64,000 nt of DNA from Octopus sinensis (GCF_006345805.1 NC_043010.1:42346001-42410000), one strand, 5' to 3'; numbered from the stretch's first letter, positions 11,406 through 26,243 are shown. The notes: generated from the sequence alone by a model not told the origin. Numbers and translations are program-made.

Positions 11406-12764
11406 TGCGTGTATGTAAATACGCATGAATGTATATGTAAATTTTTGTAGCGTATATTTATTGTGAACGAAGGCAAGGAACAACCTAACAATGAAGTGGC
11501 TTGTCTGACATACTATATAATCAATGAATTCAAATAAAGATAAAAATTTATTTAAATTAATACGTCGCATTAGGATTTTATGAAGGTTTCCAAGGTAATA
11601 CAGATATTGCATAACAAAACGCGTGTTTCCTCCTCCCTTCTATATGCTTCTAATTCTATTCAGAATTTCATTACATTTCTATTTGATTGCAATGCAAATC
11701 GCTCGAACTAAATTCACTTTAATTTGTCTTCTACCACAGTTTATATTTCTACGTGAATTCCTCGACAATTTCATTTCGAACATTCAATATTTGAATTGAA
11801 TTGATTTCTTAGCTGATAGGAAGTTTTCTTGAAACATAAACAGGTGAACTATAAACTTAATGACTACTTGTACCAAACAAATTTTTTTTTATTGTATTAA
11901 AACATAAAATGTATTATTTGTATACATACAGGTAAGTGGTGAGAGACTTGATGATTTTCTTTTCTTTTTTATGTGACAATTTTGGTTTTTAACATCACTA
12001 ACTATCCGCCCAGTTGACACTGGTGACAACATAATAATCATGAAAAGTGTTTTACTATCTCATTTTAAACATTTAGACAACTGGAAAAATAGTAAAAGAT
12101 TTTCAGAGAGAAACTGATCGATGCATTGTATATTCTGAAACTATGTTAAAGACGTTATCACACTGAAATCACAGATCTACGATTACATCAATACAAATTT
12201 TTAAAAATGACTCCTTACATATACTATATACGCACCAAATCATTTAGAAATATTGATATTGATAACTTATATATATATATAAGGGTAATACGCTAAATGT
12301 ATAACTATAAAAGAGGATATAATAAATAAAACAAAATTTTGGAAAGCTGATACAAGCAGAAAAATAAAGCTGTCCATACATACAACGGTTATGTCTGGTT
12401 GGGCACAATCATGCCTTTGGACAATTTTTCTTCCTAGTTTGTTAATATAATGTGTGCCTATGTGTGTGTGCGCGCGCGCGCGCGTGTGTGTGTGTGTCGA
12501 AAACTTTCCTAACGAAACGACTCTCATACAATCATAGTTACCTTCGTTATTAATTTTTGATGTAATTATAATAACTTTTATTAATAGTGAGATCGTTATG
12601 AACGTTTGTGATTGTCGTTGAAACGGCAATAGCAAAAATTATGTTTTTGAAATATTGATATTTTTTGCTTTTATTTGTTTTGTACTGTTCTTTTTTTCTA
12701 ATGCTTTGCTTTTAGCATACAGTTTAGCAAGTTATAAATTCTATGCATTATTATTTTACATTAG

Positions 12765-13200
12765 GAAGTCTGTGAGCTGGCACAATTGTTAGCTCACTGG
12801 GCAGAATGCTTAGCGGTATTTCACCCGTCTTTACATTATGAGTTCAAATTCCACCGAAGTCCAAATTACATTTCATCTTTTCGGGATCAATAAATTAAGT
12901 ACCAGTTGAGCACTGGGGTCAATGTAATCGACTTAAATCCTCCCACAAATCTTAAGGCTTTGTACTTATTATAGAGAGGATTATTATTATACGATAGGAA
13001 ATTTGCGTGCAGGAAGAATCATTACTGCGCCGAACAGAATGCTTAGCGGCATTTCTTCCGGGTTTTACGTTCTAAGTTCAAATGCCACCGAGGTTGACTT
13101 TGCTTTCCATCCCTTAGAGGACGATCAAATAAGAAGCAATTGGGCAGTAATCGAGTTACCCCTCCCCCAAAATTTCAAGCCTAGTTCCTGAAAGGAATAT
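12765..13200 (+). mobile_element. Two tandem degenerate family B SINEs (about 12765-12985 and 13010-13200)
   Basis: aatgcttagcgg.attt...agttcaaat.ccaccga motifs occur twice. Confidence 0.75.
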
Positions 13201-13304
13201 TATTATGCCTACTATTGCATTGCAGTAATCAAATATTAGAGTTTAATGTAAAAGCTGAACTCTAAAATCTGTGGCTGTCATTCTCATGCATAAGCAGTTG
13301 TTCA

Positions 13305-13338
<34 letters not shown>

Positions 13339-14190
13339 GTATAGGAACAGTGGTGAATACTTAAAAGTTTTCTTCGCAAGCGGGCTCAGTTAAATTGTGC
13401 AGCACCCCTTATGCAAATTGCAGGTGCTAGTACAGTAATGTGCCCGCTTCAGCATTCAGTACTCAGAGGGTAAGAGGTTAGTAAAAGAAAAATACAAACT
13501 CGCTGTCTTCAGTTCTGTTTTCGAGCTTATCCTCTCTCATAGTTATGAATATTTGATACAGAACGAAAGGGCACGATCGCGAATACAAGCGGTGAAAATG
13601 GGGTTTCAATGGGGGATCTCTGGCATACTGTTACTCGACAGGGCGCGTAGCTTCTAGATCACGGAGTCTCTCCAGCTCGAGTTACTACTTATCCGCATTG
13701 AAAGGTCACAGCTTCTGGTACTTCATATCCAATCACCCTGCACTTAACCTTAATGACTGAAACATGTGCAAGTTAAAAAATATACAATGCTGCACGAACG
13801 GTGGTTCGCAAGACATGTTTCTTCCTGTCTAGCGAATCGGTAGGAAACTCAGCGAGATAGCTGGATAATATCCATGCTCTCATTTTGTCATGCTTGAGAA
13901 TCTAGCTGGAAAGTATAATGGTGGTTGCTCAGGGTTCTGTCCTCACGACCTTATCCCTACCATCCACGAACAGTGAGCAGAGAAAATGGATATATAGATA
14001 AGAAATTTCAAATAGTCTTGCATCGCTCGAGGCGGCAGTGAGGGTTGATTTTTGCACATGCGCTGTAAAAAAACAAAGACGACCGGAAGATGTGAGAGAA
14101 GAAAAACATGTGTGTGGGTATATGTGTGTATGTGTGTGCGTGTGCGAGTGCGCACACACATGCATACAGTGGTTTTTGAGCATATGTATT

Positions 14191-14505
14191 ACACGAAAAA
14201 AGAAGTTTACTATTTTTAACCACGCAAAACTTTGCTCATGATCATTCACAAAAGAAAAAAGAAAAAATTCCATGACATTATGTTGATTGATATTATTCAT
14301 TATCAACATGAAATTGGATGGCATGATAAAAAATTTCCCAGGCTAAACGTATGCTAGAATTTTTTTTTTATGATGCCGTCCAATTTCATGTCGATAATGG
14401 ATAATATCAATCAAGATTCTCTCATAGATTTTTTTCCATGCAGTGCAATGATGATGAGCAAGTTTTTGAATAGTTAAAAAAGGACTGAACTTCTTTTTCT
14501 TGTGT
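14191..14505. repeat. Long imperfect inverted repeat (foldback/MITE-like)
   Basis: Inner arms 14283-14333 and 14364-14414 match at 47/51; weaker similarity extends outward. Confidence 0.8.
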
Positions 14506-14964
14506 TTTTGTTTTCTTTTTTCATTTTCGAAGTAAAATATTTTTTAAAAAATTACTGGACGCAATCGTAATGTACACCGTCGAAAAGGTATCGCTGCAAA
14601 ATTTCGTTTAAAAATATGCCTTATTGAGAAAACTCTGAGGAAACAATTTCTGTTGGGACATAAATCCGCAGTTGTGCTATAACATTCACTCACTCACACA
14701 CACACACAAGAAGAAATTTTGCTGGTTCATTTCTAGCAAAGCTCGCCTTCTGTCTTTGAGAATATCAGGGGCAACTCCAACAATTTTGAAGACAGTTGTG
14801 TATGATTTGTGGGAGCTTTCACTGCTACTTTGAACAGGTCAACAGGTCAATTAGACACATAGAATCTCCTGGCCAAGATTACTTTGACCGCTCAATAGCA
14901 ACCACTTCAAGATAGTCTCTGTATACTACGTATAACAATACACAGAAATCTTCTGAACCAGAAG

Positions 14965-15016
<52 letters not shown>

Positions 15017-15078
15017 TCTCTCTCTCTCTCTCTTTCTTTCTTTCATTATAAGTTTACCGTAAGTATATTCTTATCGCT

Positions 15079-15311
15079 AAGGCGGTGAGCTGGCAGAAAC
15101 GTTAGCACGCCGGGCGAAGTGCGTAGCCGTATTTCGTCTGCCGGTACGCTCTGAGTTCATATTCCGCCGAGGTCGACTTTGCCTTTCATCCTTTCGGGGT
15201 CGATAAATAAAGTACCAGTTACGCACTGGGGTCGATGTAATTGACTTAATCCCTTTGTCTGTCCTTGTTTGTCCCCTCTATGTTTAGCCCCTTGTGGGCA
15301 GTAAAGAAATA
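15079..15311 (+). mobile_element. SINE family B, 15-bp TSD (1 mismatch)
   Basis: TSD tatattcttatc(g/a)ct at 15064-15078 and 15312-15326. Confidence 0.92.
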
Positions 15312-16241
15312 TATATTCTTATCACTTCAATAAATTTCGTCATTTATCTATCCAACAGTTGATTTTATATGACTTACTGTGATATTGGTGGAAATGTATC
15401 TACGTGTAAACTTACAGAGCCTACATTACTCCTAAGAAAGTTAAGAAGTTTGCATCAATAATATACTTTTTACAGGTTGGATTATTGTTGCTGCTCTCAC
15501 TCCTTAGTACCAGATCACATGACTGAACAAATCTAATTTGACTGTGACCATCGCGTCCTTTTTGTAAACCAGGACTATATTGTTTGATGTCGCCTTCCGT
15601 ATTTTAAGATGGTAAGGTGTCTTTTGAATTCCATTATCATTTCTTGTAGGTTTTAATCTATCATTCAGTTTATCCCCACGACTAGTCTCTAGCGGAGTTC
15701 ACTCTCTTACAAGCATGTGGATCTCATTCGTATGACCGTAAAAACCCTTATGCGCAGGACCGCCCCCTCTAAATAATATCATTAGAAAAAGGTTGAGCGA
15801 TCTCCTAGAGGTCACTTCGTTTATTTGTGGTTCACGTGTTCACTCAAAATCGAGGAATTTCTACTGGAGGCCTTATTTTGTACACTATAGCCGAATATTA
15901 AACAGTATTGATTTAAAACTTGCAATTGAAAATATCATTAATTGACTGCAATATCGATTTTCAAGATTTTATTATAGAAGAGCTTATTCTTAGTCAATTA
16001 TTAAATAAGACTACCGAAATATTTTTTAAACTATGGTGACATGTATGTATGTGTGTGTGTGTATGTGTGGTGTATGTGTGTGTGTGTGTGTATACATACA
16101 CAATACATATTTATGGTCATCTGCTCCACACACATGCTGTTCTGGATCCGATCCTACAACGTGATACACTAGGCTAGTGTCTTCTACGTTATCCTCAGAT
16201 CTATGAAAGCTTTGTGTGAAAATTGTTGGGAACACCGTCGG

Positions 16242-16301
<60 letters not shown>

Positions 16302-16763
16302 TGTGTGTGTGTTTATTTGGGAATCTCCTTCGGTCATGGCTGATCATATGTTTCTGCAGTTGGAAATTCCTTTCTAACCAAGCATGACCAAGGTTTAGTA
16401 GACGACTAACGCTTGCTCATGTATGATATTTAAAAACAATCGAGGGTGATTACAACTTGCTACCAGCATTTTTGCAGATATTGTAGACAGTACACGAATA
16501 GCTACATATCTCACTCAAGAACATATAGCCCATTTTCTTTAAAATTGTATGTGTGTGTACGCGCGCGTATTGTTCCAACTATGTTCTCACTATTCATACC
16601 CAGGTCGACTTGTCTTAGTTCCTAATGAAATCGATAAAATAAATACCAGACTACTTATTGAATGTTGATATAAGCGACTTAAACCTTTTCCTACAGAATC
16701 CCAGAATGACAGGCAGTTGAACGGCTGAAACCAGTAAAAGTAAGGTAGTAAAATGATAAAATG

Positions 16764-17019
16764 TTTTACTCTTTACTCTTTTACTTGTTCAGTCATTTGA
16801 CTGCGACCATGCTGGAGCACCGCCTTTAGCCGAGCAAGTCGACCCCAGGACTTATTCTTTGTAAGCCTAGTACTTATTCTATCGGTCTCTTTTGCCGAAC
16901 CGCTAAGTTACGGGGACGTAAACACACCACCATCGGTTGTCAAGCGATGTTGGGGGACAAACACAGACACACAAACATATACACACACAAACATAAACAC
17001 ACACAAACATACACACACG

Positions 17020-17051
<32 letters not shown>

Positions 17052-17219
17052 CATACGACGGGCTTCTTTCAGTTTCCGTCTATCAAATCCACTCACAAGG
17101 CTTTGGTCGGCCCGAGGCTATAGTAGAAGACACTTGCCCAAGGTGCTACGCAGTGGGACTGAACCCGGAACCATGCGGTTGGTAAGCAAGCTACTTACCA
17201 CACAGCCACTCCTACGCCT
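16764..17219 (-). mobile_element. SINE family A, full length
   Basis: Reverse complement of the family consensus seen in this window. Confidence 0.92.
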
Positions 17220-20200
17220 ATAATATTTTCAAAATCCCATGTTCAACATGACATGCAGGAAAACGCTTATAGACGAAAATATAAAGCAATTAATTTCTTT
17301 GCGTGATATATATATTTCTGAAAGGATATTTATTCTGAAAAGATGGTTTAAGAATTATCAAAATAGTTTAGTTTTTCAGCTTATGCTATGCCTAAGAATA
17401 GTTGGAGTCCTTCGAACTGATAGCGCTATACACGAGATAAATAGGTGTTCTTATCCCCACCAGGTGGCCATAACATAAACACCTTGTAATAGTACTGCTG
17501 CGCCTAAAGCTAACGTATTTCTTACCACTTGAAGTATGCCTGGAGTAACGCACTTGGAAACGAAAAAATTTCATTTAAAATTTATTTCAAAATTTTTTTT
17601 AAGCACGTACTTATCAACTATACTCCCTCTTACACACATATATGTAAGCACACACACAAACACACACGACACACATACATACAAACATACACATACAAAC
17701 ATGTTTGTGTGCGTATGTGTGTATTTATGTACAGAGAAAGAGAGAAAGAAAGAGAGAGAGTGGAGTAGAAAGATCCATTCTTTCAAACATGTTATATTGA
17801 ATGTGTTCGAGTTTAATATGTTCAAGATGTTTTGTATGCTCATAGTTTTCGTGCTCAGTCAAACATAATACCATTTCTAAGCCCTTCGACATTCTAAGAC
17901 CTAGTCTGTCGTATTTCTGCTTGAAATGATGATGGTTGAGCGTTCTTGCTGCACTTTATAGAGGCAACTAGCGATCGTGAAGAAGAGTGTTATAACTGAT
18001 ATGATCTTTATCGCCTGAAGCATATTATAAAAGTAATCAAGATTTAACGGTTAAACAATTTTAAAATACATCTATGGCAATTTTATCATTTACATTATTT
18101 TCGTAATTCCCTGAAGCTTACTTTAAAATGCAACCATAACGAGTCACTTTATCGTTTCATTCGTACACAAAAAATTTGTGATTAAAAATTTCGTTCTAAG
18201 TCAGAGAAGGAAAACTTAAAGCTAGTCACAATTGTTGGCATCTCTGAAAAACAAAGAAGAGGCAGTTTTATGAAATTTATGAATAATTTCTTCCTTGGAT
18301 TAATTTGGTTAGGAAAACAACAGTCTGGCCTTTGCTTGAAGAAAAGGAACAATTACTGATATACTGTTTCAGTCTAATTTTGTCCTCATCTTCGCAGAAT
18401 AGTCCTAGCTTACCTCCAGATCAATTTTGAACATGTTCATAAATGACAGAGAGCTTAATGTGTTCAGCATATTATTTATAGCCGATGAGTTTAAATTGAG
18501 ACCTAAAACATTGAATCTTACCTCTAAACAGATGAAATTATCTTTTTCTCCAAGTATGTTAATCCAATAATTTAATCCCAATTTATTAAAATTATCTCCC
18601 CTTGTTCGGAGTTACTAACAACTGCTGCTAGGTTTTTATTTAATTTCTCTGACTTAGAGGGAAAGTTATATCATAATATTTATATTATAATACGAGGCAT
18701 GTTCCTCTGCCCATCTATCGCTATTTTCAGATAATTTATTTGGAGAAACGAACGAGAAAATTGCAGCAAAGCTGCGAGATAGTGGTGTCTGACGTAACAT
18801 GAAGGCCATCATATAACTTGTTTGACATTGCGTTTTTATTCTTCTCTTCCGTTTTATTTTAACATGCACATTTCGTTAGTATTCTTCTCTTCCGTTTTAC
18901 AAATTCATTGTGCACATGCACATTGCGCTTTCATACCTCTCTTTTCGGTTCCTACTCAAATTGTTTACAGATCACAACCATCTCACGAACCTGCGGTCAT
19001 GGGGGAGCGCTTTGCACTCTGATGGTTGTGAAGAAAAGACTGATGAATATTTCATTCTCAATTACAATAGACTGTGTGATCAAAGGACAAATGACGTAGA
19101 GAAAAGGAGACTTAAAAATAGATTTGTTAAAACCTTTAGCCAGCAAAACAGTTAATTTTACTGTAAACCAATTTCAATTAACACTTGAGACTACTTATTT
19201 TTAAGGTGAATAAATTATTTTACAAAAGCCTTCATTTGGAAAAAGAATTAATTCTGATGTTTGTAAGGTAAATATATTATTTTCCACTTAAATATTTGTT
19301 GATATACAACAATTCTGGAATTTACAAAGATAATGAAATCATGAAACAGTCTTTATTTTTACTAAAAATAATTCATTGAAAATTATCATTTACCACTTTT
19401 TTATGTTTCAGGATGTTTCGGCTAAGCTAGTTCACTGAAACATTATGTTAATATTATGGACAAAATTATTATTTCCTTTGTAATGCATCATCTGCCAGAA
19501 ATATTACAAATATACACAGTCACAAATGCGAGGGTTGTTCCTCAAACTGTTAGAAATAGCAGACAGGTTTCCCACAAACCAATCAGAAAGACATCGTAAT
19601 CATGAAACAGAATTTTCTTGTTTATGGAGAAGTTATCTACGTAAATATACATTTTGTAGAATGTATATACTGAGTTAGGAGAATATGAAATACAATATTT
19701 TAAAAATAGATCGTTTATTAAGCATTCACTGAAAGATAACCTACATTCCAATAATTTAAGCAACTAAAGTATATCTAATATAAAACCTATTTCTCTGAAA
19801 AGGAAAATAGAAATCTTCCATTTCTTTGAAAGGCTTTGTATTCAAATTGAAAATGAGAGAAAATGAAGCATTGAAAATGGACAAAATAGTAATGTGCTAA
19901 GCTACGGTTATGAAACTAGTTTCAACAATTTGAGAATATCTTTGCATACCTCATTCTGTACAACCTCTTCTTAACGTCTCACACACACGCGCGTGTGAAA
20001 TACCTGTCGCACGTTGACTTCTTTTCCTTCCTCTTCTTCTTCTTCTTCTCATTATTATTGTTATTGTTGCTGTTTTGTTTTACCAGTACATGTCTGCAGA
20101 GATGTGCTGAGACATTTTGATCACACTTGATATTTTTATTGAAGGTGGATCTGGTTTGTCTTATGGACTCAGTGACCTATCGCGAATCAGATCACGTCGA

Positions 20201-21397
20201 TGTGTGGAAAAAATTTTTAATTTGACATCGCTTAGCATTTCGTCAGAATGTACTGCTCAAGTATCATATCTTTCCATTGAACGACCTGTATCAGTTACTA
20301 AAATAAGTTATGCTCACTTTTACATTACTCCCTGGATAACCATCGTATCAAGTATAGTTGATAGCAATAACACGTTTTGTTTCTAAGAGAATATTTTTCA
20401 TTAAACTCTGTTTGCACTAAGTTCTATGACTGACTGACTCCTTAATATAGAAAATTTTCGCTTTGGAATTCTGTTAATAAAGTTGTTGTGTTTTGGCTTT
20501 TTTTTTTTTACTAAAGTAGGTATTAATTAGTAATTATCTGACTTTCAACAAAAAGCTTCTTTACATTTTGCATCATATAAATTTTCCAGAGTAATTACAA
20601 AATCTACTCACTATGTAGTATAACTAGAATTCTTTCTCTCTCATGTGCGTATGTGTGTGTGAGCTTCCACACACAAAATGAAAATCTTTACATACACAAA
20701 AGTTCTAATTACCCAAAATCTATTATAGAGAATTTTGCGAAGAATATTTAACTTAATTTATCCAAACATCATCAACTTAGAAATATTTAATAACGCTAAA
20801 TATTATAATAAGGCTCCGTTGGAAAGTGGTTTTGAAGATAAGATCTAATTTATTATATCCACTGATAAAAATAACTAAATTTAGCGTAAATTCTGATTAT
20901 AAACATTCGTAGCATTAATACACCAAGCAAACCCTTCACTTAACCCTTAACCCTTCTAAACCTGAAAATACTGCTTACAAAGGAATAAGTCATAATACTA
21001 ATATATCTACAATGATGCAGCTAGCAGTAGATATAAAAATAAAAAAAAGAAAACCCTATTAATACTACAAATACTCCAAAAAAATAATAAAACTAAAACA
21101 CAAAATTGGTGTATCTAAATCTTTAGAGTGTGAATATGTAATTAAGCATGGAATTAAGCACTGCAATAAAATAAAATGTTTGAAAAAATCTAATAAGGTT
21201 GAGTCAAACTGCCGCAACACACGTAAAACTAATGCTAAAATTTTTAACTTAAAAGGTAAGTTAAGAAATAATATAATCTATTCTGGCATATCGACAACTG
21301 ATTACTCTTGTAACATCTTTAAAAGGTAACTTCCACAAAAAGATAACTAATATACACCTTCCATTAAAAATAGTAATACACAAGGAAAAAATAAATA

Positions 21398-21530
21398 TTC
21401 TTTTCTACTGTAGACACAAGGCTCGAAATTTTGCGGGAGGAGGCCAGTCGATTAGATCGTCGCCAGTACGCAACTGGTGCTTAATTTATCGACCCCGAAA
21501 GGATGAAAGGCAAAGTCGGCCTCAGCGGGG
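21398..21530 (-). mobile_element. SINE family B, 3' part
   Basis: ttaatttatcgaccccgaaaggatgaaaggcaaagtcg. Confidence 0.75.
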
Positions 21531-22019
21531 AAAAAAGAAATATTAAAAAGAGTAAAATGGAATGTAACTTGGCTTAAAGCACCTTGTGTCAGAAACGTTC
21601 AGACAAGAGTGCCTAAAGCTTTCTTTGGGGGATTAAGTAGGAACTCTCCTAACTACAAGTGTTAAGCTATTTTTGATAAATGCACGGTTAAATTCTCTAA
21701 CTCTACAACACCAAATCGTGCGTGTCTTACAGAATACTTTAATGCTAGCAAAATGAATAAATATAACAAAAATAACACAAAAAAAACATAAACTTTCTCT
21801 CAGTCTTTCTCTCTCTTTCCTTCTCTCTTTTGCTTACCTTACTATTCTGGATAGCCCTGAAATGGGTAAGATTCTGACTACTGAAAATAATTATACAAAG
21901 TCTAAGATATACATCCAAACTCTAGTACTTCACAACGCAAATTGATAGTAATGTAATTAATTAACATAATATAAAATTTAACAACTATATATATTAGCAA
22001 CAGAAGCAATATTAATACC

Positions 22020-22217
22020 GAGAGGTAATACTTATCCTTACTTAAACGTGGATGTTCTGTTAGAACAGGCTATACTGCAGTAAATACCATGAGAGAAATT
22101 CCCATATTTGCATTTGGAGCAAAATGCCAATATGGGAGTTTCTCTCGTGATATTTACTGCAGTATAGTCCGTTCTAACAGAACATCCACGTTTGAATGAG
22201 GATAAATATTACCTCTC
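22020..22217. repeat. 198-bp palindrome (foldback)
   Basis: Arms of about 96 bp, gagaggtaata...catatttgcattt, with about 10 mismatches and a very short loop. Confidence 0.92.
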
Positions 22218-22492
22218 AAAAATATAATAATTTTATATACCCTCTTAACGAAATAACGAAAGAAATCAGCGATAGTAATTCTCATCCTTAAAATAGCAAC
22301 AATAACTTAACATGCCTGAACTCAAACTCTTTATAACTTATCAATGTATTTAGCAATATTAGAAAATCAAATAAGAAATATTAAATATAAAAAAATAAAC
22401 TGGAAAATCATGTAAATAATAGCAATAATAAAACTTGAGACCTATTTCAACGTGGGTCAGCTTTATAAAATAATATTTTTAAATATCTAAAT

Positions 22493-22671
22493 AGACGCAG
22501 GCGTTGTTGCGTGGTAAAGAGTCTGCTGGCTTGCTTCCTAACTACACAGTTCTGCGTTCAATCCCACTGCGTGGCACTTAGAACTGGTTTCTTCTGCTAT
22601 ACCCTCTAAAGTTTTATGAATGACTTTATGAATTGGTGGACGGAAATTGAAAGAAACATGCCGTATATATA

Positions 22672-22706
<35 letters not shown>
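22493..22706 (+). mobile_element. SINE family A, 5' half ending in (TA)n
   Basis: gttcaatcccactgcgtggcac...gacggaaattgaaagaa. Confidence 0.75.
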
Positions 22707-22710
<4 letters not shown>

Positions 22711-23771
22711 GTCTCTCCCATCATTATGAGGGCTCGGGGTAATTTCTTGCCAACAACCATACAGGTGATATGTTTATAGTGACCAAATGTTTGTGTACAC
22801 ATAAGCTGATTCACTCCATCAACTCGACATTACCTAAACGTAGAACTACTCTCACTTGTCTCCTTAGAGGTAACATCATCGGATCTACGTCTAATTCCTT
22901 TAAATTACATCTTACATACACACAGCTTGAGGCCCGTCGCCAGACTTTGGTGCCTGGAGGTGCTTCAGAACATTCTGGTTGGGCACAAATTTGTAATAAT
23001 GTTAAACTGGAGTTTCAAGTATATCACTGTAAATCTGAAGGTACACCACTGAATAGTGAGGTGGGGCAGTGCCGTCCAGTGCACCCTTCTCTATCGACGG
23101 GATGCACAGCCTTGGGAACAAAACAAAAATTATGCGAAACAACCATACTAGCTAAGTACTTACTTTATCTTAAAGTTTAGAGTACAAGTATATGAACTAC
23201 ACTTCGCTCTACTGAAGCACTACACACGGTTTTTAGGTAACAATAAATAACTTGACCTAAAACAGGTATGCTTTTTATCTTGCAAACAAAGTTCTATAAC
23301 AATGCATAACATTGTACGCGAGCAAAAGAGTAAATGATTGGCGAACGCATTCGTTTGGGTGACTAAGTGCATCAGATATAACCATGCATAATATGATAAT
23401 TCTACTATAAGAATATAGAAATATTTAAATAACAATGGTTTAAAATTACTTTATCTTCACTCTACAAAGCATGATACTTATACCTACAAATGTCCTTATT
23501 GTATTTTCAAACAGACAGCTTTTAATGTTTCTTCATATTTGTTGCTTTCCTTTGATGTACGTTAACGTTAGACCACCATAAAATTTGGCGACGGGCCCGT
23601 GTTGCTATTCGGCTGTGTATTAATAGAGATATTTATTTCAGTAGATGCAAACGTACACTCATTATACAAACATATATGTATACATACGCATCCATATACA
23701 GACACCCAGACACGCGCGCCCACACACACATATATAAATATTTGTATATACATATACGCATATGCATAGAT

Positions 23772-23826
<55 letters not shown>

Positions 23827-23917
23827 CACCTCACTGTCTGATGTTTTGCGTTCTTGTCCCATTTTTGTATTTTTTATATATAAAAATGTGCGGCGTACGT
23901 ACACTTTGGTCTCTTAC

Positions 23918-23976
<59 letters not shown>

Positions 23977-25459
23977 CGTTGTTTACTGTTTTACTGTCTG
24001 AAAAATAGATGGGATAGTTATGGCTGGAACGTTGACGTGCCATTTGCTAGATACAGCAGCGATATGTTCCCAAAATCATACTTTACTGTCTTATAAATGA
24101 AGGACAATGATGCCGATCTAGGTACGGGATGGTCTTCAGAATGTTTAGAAAGTCGCTGATTGTAGGTCCACTTGAACAACATCAGTATTATAATGATATA
24201 CGCGTTGTTCAGTGTTGAAGAATTGATCACCCTTCTGACTGCAAATGCAGGAACGCTGTTGAAAAACGAAATTCTAAAACAATATTAGAATTGCACTTGG
24301 TTTTTCTTTCTTTCTTTTTTTTTGTAATTGTTGTTGTTGTTGTTTATTATTCAGCTTCGATCAACTGTTATTGGATAGGCATATGATCTGGACTATCCTG
24401 TCGTTTCGTATACCTAGGAATACATTGTCCAATGTGTTCGTGATTTAAAGTAATAGATTTGAGGGGATTGCACTGTCATGTTTAGCATATTAAGCGACCA
24501 TGCAGGGCCTCTGTTTTAGTCTTGTAATTACTGGTGTTTTAAGTGTGAAGGAGAAACTCAATGAAGCCTTTGCAGTTATATCCAAAACGAGAAATAACTT
24601 ATCACGATGAAGAAGCAATCAATGGAAGTTTGCGTTTATGTTCAAGCATTCAACGTGTTACACAAATAGGAAATATGAGAAGTGTTTACTCCGTTTTCTT
24701 TCTTTCACAAAGAATTATCACTTGACCATCTTCAACTTCATAAGTTTGACGATTTACTCATCGAATTGTCCTAATTTCGCTTTTATCTATTTCAAGCTGA
24801 GGGGGAAGATTCTTTCTATTTATTTATTTACTTTTTTGTTTGTTTTTTTGCCACAGACAGCAAATTTTCTCTGTGCACTGGAAATCAATCTATTCTGAAT
24901 ACATTGATTCATTAAAGATAGCAGTAACTCTATATATTTTAGCAGCAGTTATCAGACACAGTTTATTGATACTTTAGCAGATTTGCTGAAGTTGTTTGAC
25001 AAAAATTTTTATAGAATGCTGAGATGGAAGATTGCCAACGAATTTCTGTCTTGCTTTTACTATATTAATTGCCGTTTTTGCTATTGTTGCTGCTACTGCA
25101 GTTGCTTAACACCAGGTTATCCCTGACAGAACAAGCCTATGATCAAAAGAGTCCCATTTAACAGGTATCTAAGGCTATATTATTGAGTGTGTCATTTCTT
25201 TAGACGTTGGAGTGTGAGTTGCTTGACGATGTCTAATGAGTTATGGATATGGCGACAAAGATAAAGCAAACAGTGTAAGTGGATAAAGCTTAACGAAGTG
25301 ACAACTTCTGCAAACATTGTACTGACTTTGAAATTATTGATGTATAATTACGAATTCTGAAAAAGTTAATGGAACTTATGAAAGTAGATGTAGCTGAAAG
25401 GATTAGTACTGACAAATTAATTGCGATGATCCGTAAAGTGATCAAAGAGTTTGTTTGAG

Positions 25460-25810
25460 TGGTGTTCTTTCATAACGGAATAAGATATGAGGAATCTGTA
25501 ATTTTAGCAAAAGTTATGCGGGGAACAATCTAAGCATATGAAGCAAATCTGCGGGAATTAAATGTAGCCAAGAAATAAGTGTATCAAATGGGTATGGTGA
25601 CAAGTTGGCTAGACATACGTAGTAGTGTGCTTCGAATGTACTCCAGTAAGCGCTCGACAAGGCGTCGGCCTGTTTTCCCAATATTAAGAGCGCCGCAAAG
25701 TTTACAAATGATAGAATACATTAGATTGGAAAATTTGCAACAGAAGTTCTCAGTAATATGATACAGTTAACGTCACCAACACGTCGCCACACTTCTACAC
25801 AACAGGCCAT
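25460..25810 (-). mobile_element. Penelope-like element, GIY-YIG endonuclease fragment (degenerate)
   Basis: Minus strand: YHITENFCCKFSNLMYSIICKLCGALNIGKTGRRLVERLLEYIRS, matching the PLE pattern FTC.S.N.IY.I.C..C...YIG.T.R.L..R..EH. Confidence 0.82.
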
Positions 25811-25837
25811 TTTATTGAATTATCGGTGAGCAGCATC

Positions 25838-25884
<47 letters not shown>

Positions 25885-26100
25885 GGGGTATGCAAAGTAT
25901 GGCGGTGTAGATTCACAGGTGATCTAAACGCTTAGGTATGCTAGGTAATTGCTGTAACGGATTACTGGGGCTCCAAGAGTGTAGACGAGACGGTAGTTAT
26001 GAAGCCATTGCAGATATCCGATGCAGCGGATATATAATTGTTAAACAGGACAGCAAACATCTCAAGTCGTATACAATATTATTAGAGGAAGAAATTCAAA

Positions 26101-26156
26101 ACCTTACAGCTGTTTCTGGGATATCCCCGAGTATGGGATATTCCTTCATCAGAGAC
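26101..26156 (-). ncRNA. Type I hammerhead motif inside a (TA)n-flanked insert (25883-26247)
   Basis: Minus strand: GTCT-CTGATGA-A-GGAATATCCC-atactcg-GGGATATCCC-A-GAAAC-AGCT-GTA-AGGT. Helix III is palindromic (ACAGCTGT). Confidence 0.75.
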
Positions 26157-26243
26157 AAAATGGGAGAAAAAATAGTGAAAATGAGAACGTTATATTAACG
26201 ACATAGAGGAAGCGTAAGTCCTTAGGCGCATTCCTACGTATGT

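Noticed and set aside
22931-23105. MITE with cccgtcg/cgacggg ends
   Set aside because: The inverted match is short and no TSD was found.
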